From Octopus bimaculoides (lineage: Eukaryota): a stretch of DNA of 55,622 nucleotides. Both the position numbers and the translations under genes were made by a program. Below, one piece after another: positions 11,239 to 24,891 of the stretch. Each line of letters opens with the position of its first letter. Positions within the stretch are counted from its first letter, which is position 1. The notes under the pieces were generated by a model, which saw only the letters and a list, made by a program, of their open reading frames with translations, searched no databases and was not told the DNA's origin. The stretch covers positions 14,784,688-14,840,309 of the forward strand of contig NC_068996.1 of assembly GCF_001194135.2 (NCBI RefSeq), in the 5' to 3' direction.

Positions 11239-11601
11239 CTAGAATGATGAAGAAAAACAAAGACAAAAATATACAAGAAAACAAAAACAATTATTTTTTG
11301 AAAAAAACAACAAACAACTGTTCTTTCCAGGACAGGAATTGGTAAATACTTAAGTAATGTGTATAGTTAAATTGTGTGTGTATGTGTGTGTGATAAGGAA
11401 AGAGACAGAGAAAAAGAATATGCGTGTGTATACGTGTGTGTGTATGTGTGAGTGTGTGTACGTGTACATATATAAATTTACGTATGCATACGCACGTATA
11501 CATACACATACGCATATGTATACATATATACACATATATAAATATGACTATGTATATATGCATTCACTCAATGTGCATATATGCATACACATAAGTGAGG
11601 A

Positions 11602-11632
<31 letters not shown>

Positions 11633-11835
11633 TTTTTAGCGGTGGAACCCGAAGAGATAAAAATCTATAAATAGTAACGTGGATGGAAAAAAAGTCAAAG
11701 GCTACCCCTGGGACATGAATCCAGATTTTATGCAAATATGGCTGACGTTCCAACTATTATACTAAAGCAGCCCTTTAAATGTTCTCCATCTATATTTTGA
11801 AGTTTTGTTCTTAACGGCGAGAATTGTAGGATGCT

Positions 11836-11868
<33 letters not shown>

Positions 11869-11917
11869 CATATGTGTTTGTGTGTGTGTGTGTGTGTATT
11901 TGTGTATCCATATGTAA

Positions 11918-11962
<45 letters not shown>

Positions 11963-12224
11963 AAAAAGAGTCAAAAGGAAGAGTAAGTACAGTGAGGCAG
12001 CTTTTTAATCACTTTTTATTTTTTTATTTTCACACACGAGGAATACCTAAGACTAGAATTGGTAGCGTACCATGAAAATACTACCGGCTATTTAAGAATT
12101 CTAAGGGTGAACAATCTCTATTTGTACTCTTATACGTTCTTAACAGAACACACCTCAACTATGTACATATATATGTATCCAGAGATGTGTGTGCGCGCGT
12201 GCGTGTGTGTAAACCTCAAACTGG

Positions 12225-12372
12225 CAACCAGCACTCTACCGGTTACGAATTTCCTAGTTGATCCGATTCAACGGAACATCCTGCTCGTGAATTTAACGCG
12301 TAAGTGGTTGGACACTCCACAGATACTTATAACCTGAACGTAGTTCTCAGGGAGATTCAGCGTGAGACAGAC
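12225..12372 (-). mobile_element. 3' fragment of SINE family C
   Basis: Reverse complement aligns with the 42745-42890 tail (cacgctgaat..ccc.gagaactacgtt...cacgagcagg.tgttccgttga.tcggatcaact). Confidence 0.75.
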
Positions 12373-12473
12373 TATGTCTTGCTGAAGAATACAACATATC
12401 AGCAAGAAGAGAACTGATGATCTAACAATCATGTGCTGTATATCCTATCCACTTAGCCACATACCTTCACGAC

Positions 12474-12504
<31 letters not shown>

Positions 12505-12733
12505 AAAAAAAGGCTAAGGACACCCTTCCGTCAAGAATGACCAAGGAATTGCACCTAGAAAGTTACCCTCCGAGGAACAAGTCCAGGTAAAGTTGCTTAT
12601 GGAAGACCAGCCCAGGCATACCAGCTTCCCCTCTACACCACACCGATGTTATCTAAATATTTATATACACATATATAGAAATATCTGTATATGTATGGTT
12701 ATCTATATACATATAATGCACAATAGGACAAGT

Positions 12734-13628
12734 ACGCAAAACATCCAGACAGTTAGGTAATACGAATAAAGGGACAACAAAACATCCACATACACGATAC
12801 AAAGAAAACAAGGACTGGTCATTAGGAGTTTTCTTTCCTCAGTCGAGTTCCAGATTATCTTTGCAATTTCGGCTGGTTATACTCGAGATTACTCCAATCT
12901 GGCCAGCCCCAAGGAAAATCTAAGTTAAGCGCATTAGATTCCTTGGAAGAAAGCAGCGAATGTATACGAGAACAAGGACGGTAAAAAACGGAGAATGTTA
13001 CACAAATACAAATAACAGGAAAAAACAATAGCTGTCTTTCGACTAAGGACGAATTAGATTAAGCTGGCGTGTGTGGCAGTAAAGCCTTACGGCGGGGATA
13101 CAAGATTTCACAGGCACAGCGAGGAATATAGATGTTGCACGAACCAAGAAAGAAATGTCAGGCTTGGCCGAACACCGGTCACGTGGGGAGAGAAGAGAGA
13201 GATGTAGAGGCAGAGGGACAGAAGAAATAAGGAGGGGTGAGAAAAAGTGACAGGGACACAGTGGAGTGAAAAGAGGAGAGAAAGTGAGCATGAAGGAAAA
13301 GCAGGGAAATGTGAGAACGAAAGAATGAAGAGTGGAATTAAAGAAGTAAGCGTGAAAGGGCTGATAGAAAGTAGGAAAGAATAATAGAAAGAATAGAGTC
13401 GTACAAGATTTAGATAGATATATACTTACATAAAAGAGACCAAAGTGTACGTATATATAAAAAATACAAAATGGGGTAAGAACGCAAAACATCCAGACAG
13501 TTAGGTGATACAAAAAAGGTACAACGAAACATCCAGATAGACGATACAAAGAAAACAAGGACAAGTCATTCGGAGTTTTCTTTCCTCAGTCGAGTTCCAG
13601 ATTATCTTTGCAATTTCGGCTAGTTATA
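12734..13628. mobile_element. Non-coding element with ~148-bp direct terminal repeats (12734-12881, 13482-13628)
   Basis: Both repeats read acgcaaaacatccagacagttaggt...ggagttttctttcctcagtcgagttccagattatctttgcaatttcggct.gttata. Period 748 bp; ~600-bp interior without a credible ORF. Confidence 0.75.
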
Positions 13629-13733
13629 TATATAACCAGTCATCTCACCATGTTGGGCCTCTGAACTCTGCACAGTTCTTCTCACCGTTTTGTTTTGTTT
13701 TTTCATTCTCTTTCTAGTTCTTTTCCTGTTAAT

Positions 13734-13830
13734 CCTTTCTATCAAAGAGCGTAGGCTCGAAACGTAAAAGGCTTTTCCATTTTTCCAGAGCGTTAAACTA
13801 ATACATCTGTTTGTTGTTATACATGAATAC
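13734..13830 (+). mobile_element. PLE-type terminal fragment with degenerate hammerhead core
   Basis: CCUUU-cuaucaaa-[GAGC guag GCUC]-GAAA-CG-UA-AAAGG. Downstream gagcgttaaac.aata.atctgtttgttgtt is shared with 55501-55575. Confidence 0.55.
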
Positions 13831-13847
13831 ATACATACATACATACA

Positions 13848-13879
<32 letters not shown>

Positions 13880-14293
13880 CATATACATACATATATATAT
13901 ATATANNNNNNNNNNATATATATATATATACACTTTATTTAAAAGCAGCAGAAATATAACAAAAGACTGCTACTCGGAGTTTCACGTTCCCGTTCATCGG
14001 ACAATTTTGTTAGAAATGGGCAAGGAATAACAATGCAATCAAAAGTAATATAAAATTTGAAACACATAGATCTGTTTGATTGGTTGTTTCAAATAACTGT
14101 CATGGATGCGTAATGAACAAAACAAATGAATTTAATATAGATTCATCCTATTTAAAAAAAAAATCGAAGAAAACCTTAAATAGAAAAGTGGGCTCAAATA
14201 ACATATAATTAATTATATTCGAATTAACACATTAAAATCAAATCAAATCAAATAAAATATACGCTGCATTCAAAATAAAATAAAATTACAATA

Positions 14294-14345
<52 letters not shown>

Positions 14346-14360
14346 TAGCTTGTTTCCTTT

Positions 14361-14392
<32 letters not shown>

Positions 14393-14788
14393 CATACTTA
14401 TTTCATTAATCAGGAATAAGCATACATGTTTGTATATATATATTGTGTATTATGTATGTATATATTATGTGTATCATTTACTTTTGCATGATTCATTTTA
14501 CTGTAGCTCTCTATTAGGCAGAAGCTGTATTTGCGAATGAATGATAGTCACCAACTTTCGAAAACCCGTATTGGGTTCGTGATCTAGATTGTAGAGTACC
14601 ATGTTAGCACACTGTCTGCTCACATCAGCGGCCATTTAAATCCTGCACAATAATTAACTCGGATAAATGGTAATACTTAGCTCAGCAGAATTTTAACTCT
14701 CATTACATACGAAAAATATCTCAAACTAACGATTACACTAATCTCTTTATCTTACCCTCGTCGCAAAGATAACATATAAAGTTTACCT

Positions 14789-14957
14789 AAGCGTGGCTGT
14801 GTGATAAGACGTGTGCTTTCCAACCCATAGGTCTGGGTTCAGTCCCATTGCGGGACACATTGGACAAGTGTCTTCTACTGTAACCTCGGGCAGAGCAAAG
14901 CCTTGTGAGTAGATTTGATAGGCATAAAGTAAAAGAAGTCCGTCGAATGTGTATGTG

Positions 14958-14989
<32 letters not shown>

Positions 14990-15189
14990 TTGTGTCTGTG
15001 TTTGTCCTCCCACTATCGTTTGACAACCAATTTTGGTGTGTTTATGCCTCGTAACTTAGCGGTTCGGCAAAAGTGACCGGCTTACAAAAATAAGTTCTGG
15101 AATAGATTTCTTCGGCTAAAACCTTTTAAGTCGCGGCCCCAGTATGGCCGCAGTCAAATGACCGAAACAAATAAAAGAATAAAAGAATA
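14789..15189 (+). mobile_element. SINE family A
   Basis: Aligns with 5865-6280; internal (TG)n. Confidence 0.9.
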
Positions 15190-15980
15190 ATTTGAATTGA
15201 AAACTCAAATATCCAGGAGAAAACCTTGAAACCATTGTACCTTACACTCGAAATATTACGCCTACGTAGCACTTAATGGTAATTGGGATTATAATAGCTG
15301 AGATCCAGTTTATCAGCGCTCGACATAGATAGATGAAAGGCAAAGTGAGTATCAACACAATTAAAACTCACTTCCTGTAACATTGTAAGTATAATGAATG
15401 AATCACTATATTAACTTTTACACTTTCTCCCAACTTTCCATAATTAGATTTCTTTAATAATTACAAATATAATTAAAAGACAGTTGAGGTTAATTTATCG
15501 AAGTCAATCTAACTTATATACATACATATATATATATATATATATANNNNNNNNNNNNNNNNNNNNNNNNNNNNNNNNNNNNNNNNNNNNNNNNNNNNNN
15601 NNNNNNNNNNNNNNNNNNNNNNNNNNNNNNNNNNNNNNNNNNNNNNNNNNNNNNNNNNNNNNNNNNNNNNNNNNNNNNNNNNNNNNNNNNNNNNNNNNNN
15701 NNNNNNNNNNNNNNNNNNNNNNNNNNNNNNNNNNNNNNNNNNNNNNNNNNNNNNNNNNNNNNNNNNNNNNNNNNNNNNNNNNNNNNNNNNNNNNNNNNNN
15801 NNNNNNNNNNNNNNNNNNNNNNNNNNNNNNNNNNNNNNNNNNNNNNNNNNNNNNNNNNNNNNNNNNNNNNNNNNNNNNNNNNNNNNNNNNNNNNNNNNNN
15901 NNNNNNNNNNNNNNNNNNNNNNNNNNNNNNNNNNNNNNNNNNNNNNNNNNNNNNNNNNNNNNNNNNNNNNNNNNNNNNNN

Positions 15981-16020
<40 letters not shown>

Positions 16021-16405
16021 GTGTTCTTTGTTTCGAACCTGACAACTCGAATTCTGACTCTGAGCACCTAAACCAAAGATTCCCGACTTGTGAGTGTTTG
16101 CTTCAAAAGGATTTATTTATTACACTCAATTCCAATGGGAAATTGCAAAAGATGGAGCTAATAAATACCTATCAGTATTAATGCGTGCAATTAATAACAT
16201 GTCTTATCTCCGAAAGAGGAAGTCTATGCCATTACGTTATTGCTTCTTATCGCAGTTATTTCCCTGAGAGTTGTCACACATATAAATTATGACATCGCCT
16301 ATTTATCATTATTAAAACATGTTACAACTAAGGCAAACAAAACAGCTCTTCACCTTTTCTCTTCTTAATAAGATTGTAGTATTTTGGGTTATCAAAAGTC
16401 CATAC

Positions 16406-16453
<48 letters not shown>

Positions 16454-16463
16454 NNNNNNNNNN

Positions 16464-16500
<37 letters not shown>

Positions 16501-17562
16501 TATACAAATTATATATATATATATACATATATATATCTACATATATATTCAGCATTACATTATTTATACTTAATTATTTCAGATGTGTTGGCTATTGATG
16601 TCGAAAATATGTTGTAGTTGCCTTTATTGCTGTCATTTATTGTTGTTGCTTATGTATTTATTTATTTATTTATTTAATTATTGTATTTATTTATTTATTT
16701 ATTTATTTATTCATTGGTTTATTCATTGATTTATTTTCCTACATCTTATTCTTCTCGTCTTTCGCTATTCAACTATTTATATCCTTAATATCGATTTTTT
16801 TTTTGTTTCCTATTGCGAGAGACGTTTCAAGCAGACATCTTGAATACACACATACACACATATATTTATACACACACACGCACACATATATTTATATATG
16901 TATATATATAAACATATAGTTATATATATGTATATATATATATATATATATNNNNNNNNNNNNNNNNNNNNNNNNNNNNNNNNNNNNNNNNNNNNNNNNN
17001 NNNNNNNNNNNNNNNNNNNNNNNNNNNNNNNNNNNNNNNNNNNNNNNNNNNNNNNNNNNNNNNNNNNNNNNNNNNNNNNNNNNNNNNNNNNNNNNNNNNN
17101 NNNNNNNNNNNNNNNNNNNNNNNNNNNNNNNNNNNNNNNNNNNNNNNNNNNNNNNNNNNNNNNNNNNNNNNNNNNNNNNNNNNNNNNNNNNNNNNNNNNN
17201 NNNNNNNNNNNNNNNNNNNNNNNNNNNNNNNNNNNNNNNNNNNNNNNNNNNNNNNNNNNNNNNNNNNNNNNNNNNNNNNNNNNNNNNNNNNNNNNNNNNN
17301 NNNNNNNNNNNNNNNNNNNNNNNNNNNNNNNNNNNNNNNNNNNNNNNNNNNNNNNNNNNNNNNTATATACATACACTGTCAATGGTAGAAAAGGAATGAA
17401 TTTACAAGACTTTGTTGTGATGAGATGATAATGTTTTTTGTTTTTTTCTTGTTTTAATCCACGACATCACAAACACCATTAATAACTGAGGAAACGGAAT
17501 TCAAAACTGTTGGATGTATTAGAGAGATGGAAAGAAAATCAATCAATCAACAGAGCTCTATT

Positions 17563-17604
<42 letters not shown>

Positions 17605-17605
17605 T

Positions 17606-17651
<46 letters not shown>

Positions 17652-17732
17652 GCAGAAGCATACACGTAGACACAAACGTAGACAAATTTAGCTATATACA
17701 CGCTTTGACTTCCAAATGTTTCGTGCACGCAT

Positions 17733-17896
17733 AGGCGCTGGCGTAGATGTGTAATAAGCGGCTTGCTTCCCAACCACAGCATCCTGGGTTCAGTCCCACT
17801 GCATGACACCTTGGGCAAGTCTCTTCTACTATAGCCTCAAGCCAACCAAAGCCTTGTGAGTGGATTTGGTAGATAGAAACTGAAAGAATCCTGTTG

Positions 17897-17966
<70 letters not shown>

Positions 17967-18210
17967 ATATATATATGTATATGTATATATGCATGTGTTT
18001 GTGGGGGGATGTATGTGTATGTGTGTGTGTCTTTGTGTCTTTGTTTCTCCCCCTATCATCGCTTAAATATCGGTTTGGTGTGTTTATGTCGCCGTACCTT
18101 AACGCTTCGGCAAAACGGATCCGTGGAATAACTACTAGGCAAAAAAATCCTTCAAGGTTCTGCTCCACCATGGCCACAGTCAAATGGCTGAAACAAGTAA
18201 AAGAATAAAA
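17733..18210 (+). mobile_element. SINE family A
   Basis: Aligns with 5865-6280; expanded internal (TA)n(TG)n(TA)n. Confidence 0.9.
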
Positions 18211-19584
18211 GGTACACACAGGTGCGTGCACATGCGCACTGTTATAAACATAGATGCATGCAAGCGCACTGTCTTGTACATATTGCACACTTCAAAATGC
18301 TTCTCCTACGTATACACATGCAGAAAAAGCACTGCATACATATATTCATGCACACATAATTTTGCTAACTGCTTTGAATGTACTTACTCATAAGCATTCA
18401 TTTATACATACACGCATGCGCTCACAAAAGTCTAGTTGTATGTGAATGCACATGTGCAGACATCTCAGATGTAGACATCCTTCATTGTACCGTTTTATAT
18501 GTACGTACATTATTCATTTGTACGATATCCAGACAGGTTAAATAATTAAAAGCTACAACAAAACATGTCTGCTAAATCTTGGATTAACTATTTGAATGCG
18601 TCAAATTGCATTATTTTGTTTCTAGAAGTAAATCTTTCCAAAATAGTGTTGTCTATTTAATTTTGAGTTGTCTGTGTGTGCATGTGTATGTATTTACAAA
18701 CCCCCACACAAAACACGCGTGTATATACACCAGCTCGTACAAACACACAGAGAATCATATGGACAGATTTATGTCCACATATAGGAACGTAAGCGCATAA
18801 ACACGAACTCATAATCAAACATGATCAAATAACCTAAACACATATGCACATACTAAGAACGCATACATAAATACACACATCCACACTTGCTCATATAAAC
18901 ATTCAAACACGGTCTGATCTGCATACATTCCTACACACATTCATTACTTCAAATTTTGACGCAGTTCCAGCAATTGGGGAGCGGGTAGAGGATTAGACCG
19001 ACCTTGGTTATTAACTGGTAAATGGCAGAGTCGTCCTCTAGAGAATTTCAATTCAGAACGCAGAGAGCCGCAAACACACACACACACACACACGCACGCG
19101 CGCGCGCACACACACACACACGCATGCACGCACGCACGCACGCACACACACGCAAACGTACGATGACACGCACGCACGCACGTACACACACAAACACACC
19201 CACCCATAACACGCGCGCGCGCGCGCGCAAACACACACGCACACATACACGCGCGCGCAAACACACACGCACACACACACACACACCACGTAAACACCAA
19301 CAGAAACATATGGGTACAACAGTACCGCTAATTTAGATATAAATGTTAAATAGGAGAAATAAACATCAGAGATGCTTAGCTCGGAAACTGCAGGAGCTAC
19401 TCACAGGTTTTGCAAGCTCTTCTAAATTCATTGCAATGCAGGAAACCCTTCCGCATCATCAGCAGATATCGCAATGTCACAAGCGTCCATCCCCTTTAAC
19501 TTGTACACTTCACCTATGTGAGCGTGCGAGGACTGAGCTAGTTTTCACCTACAGAAGGGTTCCACTTGCAGTCTTTTATTAACC

Positions 19585-19900
19585 ATAACCATCTTCAGCT
19601 AGTTTCAACTGCTGTGCCTGTTCTCTGGATGGCTAACTTCAGTTGGGTGGGTGCCATACCTATCTTCTACAGGAAATAGCGCGTTAGCGCAGATGGGAAG
19701 CCGCAGCAGCCGACTTCGATGGGAAATGAGGCCGCATGCCATCTCTTGACAAGGGCTTCATCGATTAAGTCCTGATGTTTCTTTACCTGATGGGGAAAAC
19801 ACATCGAGTCTGATTGTTGAGATTCGTTGTGCGAAGTGGAAGGCATCTTAGACAAATGTCATTTTCTGTAGATCCGAGTAACCAATATCTCAGAGTGAAA
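19585..19900 (-). mobile_element. 3' fragment of a restriction-like-endonuclease (RLE) non-LTR retrotransposon, HERO/NeSL-like
   Basis: Translation KKHQDLIDEALVKRWHAASFPIEVGCCGF...FL*KIG...ETS*RWLWL matches the KYxxL...GW...FPxEVGCRGF...ASxWLW C-terminus of RLE LINEs. Confidence 0.7.
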
Positions 19901-20624
19901 CTGGTAAAGTGTAAAGAAGCCCATTGGCTTTATTAAGCGAGTACAGCTTTGTCATGCGTCGTATCAAACTGATTCCATCAGAGGTAGATTAAAGGTACTA
20001 GTGTCCAAGGAATACTCAACACCAGATGAACCTACATCGCAGCAGGAAACTCTGGAAAGAAGCGAGTTGGACAGAGTAGCTCTGTCCATCGCGCTACTTT
20101 ACCAGAAACAGCACAGAAAAGAAACCCCAACACACTGAAAGGCAGTGCCCCAGCATGGCCTCACCCTCTGGCTAAAACTAGTAAAAGACAAGAGAAAAAT
20201 AAAGTAAAAGATAACTTACACGCTTGATCAACACGTTTTGTAGTTTATTTTGATTAAAAATCTGAATCCTCATCGTCGAACAGTTCTACCATCACCGCCA
20301 CCCCAACTTATATTTGCATAATTATGTATAGGAGTAAATATCTATGTCTACATCTTATGTCGATGAAGGACGACTAAAAATATAAATATCAGCAAAGAAC
20401 TGGTGTTCTTCGAACAAAGTCCACCAGTTACTATTTATATCTTCTCGCGCCCTCCATCACGAACGCAGTGGCTGGCTGCTGGCAATCTTGTGACAATGAA
20501 GCTCTTGTTTAGAAAATACGGTACAAAAAGTTTTTAAAAACTATAAATTATTCAAGATCAGAAATAAAAAAAAAAATTAAATTCAGACTAGATCGGTAGA
20601 AAGTGCCTATTACCTGTTTAAAGG

Positions 20625-20790
20625 TGGTGAACTCGTAGACTCATTAGTATGTCGGACCAAATACTTAGCAGCATTTTTTCCGGCTCTTTACATTCCAGTT
20701 GGCTTGGCCTTTTATCCTTTTACGGACTATAAAATAAAGTATTAGTCAAGTACTGGCGTTGATGTTATCCACGAACCTCCTTTCCTCAAA
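20625..20790 (+). mobile_element. Degenerate SINE family B
   Basis: ggtggtgaactcgtagactcattag...ggccttttatccttttacggactataaaataaagta...tactggcgttgatgttatc. Confidence 0.6.
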
Positions 20791-20939
20791 AGTTTCAGGC
20801 AATTGGACTTTTAGTAGGAAGGAAAAATATGTGGAGCCAGTCGATACTTGCGAAAAATTATAGCTTGGTAATATGTACTACGCTTTTGCTAGATATTTTA
20901 AATGATCACGTAGTCACTAACAGACGTTGACATCATTTC

Positions 20940-21310
20940 CATTCTCTCATCTTGAACCCAGCTCTGCATACAAGAATTAACAGACGGACGGAGAAAAAGC
21001 TGTACTTCATAGGGCAATATGAAAATAAAGCATAACGTAACATAAAGTATCTACTGTCACCAGAGAACCAGTATAGTTCACTTATATATCCCGTGCTTTC
21101 ATTAAATACTATCAATGCACGTTTGGTCGATAACAGACGTGGATATCGTTTCGATTCTCTTACCCTAAAACTAGAAGTATATACAAGAATTAACAAATGG
21201 ACCGAGTGAAAGCTGTACCAGTGCACGACTCGTACCTCTTTCATTAGAGTAACGTGAACATGAAGCATGTCACTTAAAGTACTTACCATCACTAGCGAAC
21301 CAGTATGGCT
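20940..21310. repeat. Diverged tandem duplication, period ~213-232 bp
   Basis: atacaagaattaaca...aaagctgtac at 20968 and 21181; aaccagtat at ~21066 and ~21298. Confidence 0.6.
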
Positions 21311-21349
21311 TTCTAATGTGTCCTACGCCTTCGCTAAATATTGTCGATG

Positions 21350-21540
21350 CCCGTTTAGTTGCTATCAGACGTGGGCATTGTCTCGACTCTCTTACTTTGA
21401 CTTAAATGACGCAAGAATGGTGACAGCTGAGATGAAGGAATGAAAGCTGCAACAGCAGGAATTGGCTGGTGTTCATTTGCAGATGTGGCGACTGGACAAA
21501 TGTGAAGTGAAGTGCCTTGTTCGAGGACACAACGCGCTGC
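21350..21540 (-). mobile_element. Degenerate SINE fragment (gcgttgtgtcct.ga.caaggcacttcacttcac type body)
   Basis: Minus strand gcgttgtgtcctcgaacaaggcacttcacttcacatttgtccagtc resembles conserved SINE central domains. No second copy in the window. Confidence 0.45.
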
Positions 21541-22188
21541 GACATTGTGTTCTTGGTAACACGTACCATGCATTTCTTAATTGCTTTAGGTGCCAATAAA
21601 AGTCGTTAGTAGACATAGACGCTTCGTCAGCTTTCATCACCCTTGACTGAGGCAATTCTAGGATGCCATAGAAACTACTAAAGGTAAAATAATATTGAAA
21701 ACTTGAAGATTTTCTTTTTTCCGTTCAAAATAAGAAACCAGTGTAAATTCTTTATACAATTAACTGCTGAATTATTTACTTTGAAAAGTGGAAATAAAAG
21801 ATTCTTTAACAAGAATATAATTGCAGCAGTTGCACCAATTCACTTTTAAAATAATCATTTGATTATTGCTCTCTATGTTTTTTAAATGATAGGGGTGTAT
21901 GATATATTATGAAGAAGTTGTACTTAATAGACGTCCATTTTAGTTCTTGATAGTGCTTATAGTATCGGTTTTTACTTAGGTTATATGTTCCTTGAGTTTG
22001 TATCTAGAGTAAAAACCAGCAAGAGGTCTTACAGACGCCATCAAATGCCCCTTTCCTTTCTTCAAATGATTATACATATCAGTCCATTAATAATGAGCGT
22101 ATTTTTCAGTTTTATTAGACATTTACTCTATCTATCTGTCTGTCTGTCTGTCAGTCTGTCTGTCTGTCTGTCTGTATGTATGTATGTA

Positions 22189-22220
<32 letters not shown>

Positions 22221-22296
22221 CATGTATGCCTTCTCTCTCTCTCTCTCTCTCTCTCTAGCTATCTATCTATAGATAGATAGATAGATAGATATACAT

Positions 22297-22345
<49 letters not shown>

Positions 22346-23109
22346 TAGATAGATAGATAGATATGTCTGCCTACATAGCAGTCTCTCTTTCTTTTCCTCT
22401 TCATTTCTTTCTTCTTTCTGGTCCGTTTTATTTCTTAATTTTCTTGGTTTCTTGTCACTTTTCTTTTGTTTTTAATACCTTGTTTTCGTTTGCACTCGTT
22501 TTCACGTTCATTTTACCGACTCTTTCCTTCCTTCTTTTCTTTTTTTGCTTCTTTCTTTCAATTGGTGTTCACGGTGGACTTAGCTGTTAATAGGATCCGT
22601 TTAACAAACGCCAGCAGGTGTTCCACATAACTTACACAACTCGATCTGACTGCCACGTGTAGCAACTGCAAGATCCTGAAACGGATGTCGCACTGGACAA
22701 AAGAACTGTCACAGACTTCACTGGGTGCTTCTTTGATGTTTTTAACAACATATAAACTCACTGGTGATGACAGCTGAATGACATATTTCAAGACAGTACG
22801 TTTGTAGCATTAGAAGCAAAATCTTATCTCAATTACTTTGTCCCAAAAGTAACCACCTACATGACATCCCCTGCGACGTCTCAAGTCTGTTCATTCCATC
22901 TCAGAGACCGTGAGGCTAACCGATCGTTTCCACCAAATGGTCTTGAAAACTACTGTTCTACTGTACCCTTCCTGTCTAACTCTGAGTAGCCTTGAGTTAC
23001 AATCTTTCCTTTAAAGAGCTAGTGAAAAACAGCAAATCAAAATTAGGTTCCGAAACAAAATCATGCGGAAAGTATTGTTTTCCAAGATGTTAACCGCAGC
23101 ACAAAACAA

Positions 23110-23300
23110 TTAAGATTTATTGCTTTGACCTTCTGCTATTTCTCTGAGGTGTGTGCATTTCTTGTCTGGGAGAGATCAACCCATCTCAAATAACTTGACT
23201 CAGCACTGAAAAACACGTGCAGGCTGATCACTGTTGCATGAAACCCATCAATACAAACAATCTATATCTCCTTGCTAGTATTGGTTTTGTTGATCTGAGA
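23110..23300 (+). mobile_element. Degraded LINE RT C-terminal remnant, I-group/Ingi-like
   Basis: ALTFCYFSEVCAFLVWERSTHLK*LDSALKNTCRLIT/CMKPINTNNLYLLASI resembles the ALALCYSxAEYxxPVW...CRxITGCxKPT motif. Confidence 0.6.
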
Positions 23301-24891
23301 TAGGAAATCGATAGTCGATCAGAGATAACAAGTGCTACCAGTAATTAAATTTCCATTCTCCATGGACGCGCCCCATCTCACCCCGAACAATGATTAAAGT
23401 CAATAAGAAACTTCCTCATTCATGTTCAACATCTTGACATCTCAAAAAGAAACTAGACCCCAGTTCTGGATGGACAAATTTGATAATAACCCTCCTCCAC
23501 TGTATACATCTTGTCTGGCTCTGAGGATCCGGCTAGGCTGACGGCTCGTGTGAATCGACCTCACATGGTCATGGCAGATGAAGAGGTATATTTATCAGAG
23601 ATGCAGAGTAACTGGGACTCTGCTTGACAGTCCTCTTGGAAGACCCGGGAATATACCGACACATGGTGAATGGAGCAACGCGCTTCGAGGTCTCATACCT
23701 CTACAACTAATCTAACTTCCTCCAATTGATATGAGAATCCTCTTCCCCGTTGAAGACCCACCCCACCAGCTGGCCGAGAAGAACCGTGGATTCAATCGAA
23801 GATACTCAAGTGCCTGACAGCAAGAACAAGATGATCAACAGTTGATATGGTCAGATGAGACCAGTACAACTACCTACGAATGTAGAGAAACAGACCATTC
23901 TATGGACCACTGACATGTGTAACGTCTACTACCTAACCCACCCTGGCTGTTCAAAAGCCGTTGCAAAGTCCAATAAAAATGCAAAGAAGTGTGTAAAGAT
24001 ATAGAAAGGTGTCACATAGCCATTACGCTGCGAAGAATTGACAAAGCACAAAAAAGGAGGCCGTATCGCTTTGCAAGCACCAGAATAAATTGATTTTAAA
24101 AACTGACCAAGATTGCTAACAAAATAAATATCCGATGTCATAGTTGCAGTAGAGATGGCAGAAGTGGTTCAGTAACGCAAAACTCAATAAAACAACAGCA
24201 GACAAAAGTGGTCAACGAATTAACCAATGAGAGGCGGAGCAATTTAGAGATATGAAATACAGAACAGCAATTTTTTTAGTTGTCCTTAAATAGAAATGAA
24301 AGAACACGTTCCTAGAATCATCGAATATTAGCTGTATTGGACAGACTAGCTAATGTGTCAACAGTGAAATGAAGAGAAGTAAATTTAGTGAAACCCGATA
24401 CAATAATTAGATAAATTTTTGGTGCAACCGGATTTGATAATGAATGGAATCGACACAGACCGGAGAAAAAACAAGAGTAGAATTGTATAACCGAAATTGA
24501 CAACTTGGCAATAAAGAGAAAGACTCGAATTAATCAACGATTACAAACGGTAGGTATATAGAGAGTAAGTTGATATTAAAAGGAAATCAACCAACAGAGA
24601 ATAAATAAGCGATGAATTGGTCAATGAAAAGTGACAAACAGAGAAATAAATACAAAACAAAGCAAAAACAAAATATCTAAAAAAAGATGGTCATTCAAAG
24701 CAATAAACTTACAAGGAACAATGAAACAGATCCAGCGTATATATAACCATTGAGATATACACTGAACGAAGAGAATAAAATGTTGCACAATTATATATAT
24801 AAGCACAAAGCCGAGGTAGCAAACAGAATTTGTATTAACACAAACGCACCTAAGTGTGTGCGTGTTTGCGTGTGTATACATTTATATTCAT

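Noticed and set aside
12820-12900. Hammerhead in the direct repeats (minus strand CUGAGGA...UCC-GAAU)
   Set aside because: No A15.1-U16.1 pair, NUH site or matching stem I; kept only as a possible variant structure.
19410-19550. Minus-strand candidate exon ending in gtgagt
   Set aside because: Stops in all frames; probably the 3' UTR of the adjacent RLE LINE relic.
24215-24245. CCAAT plus GC-box-like aaccaatgagaggcggagc as a promoter
   Set aside because: Short motifs alone, with no associated gene start or CpG-rich context.
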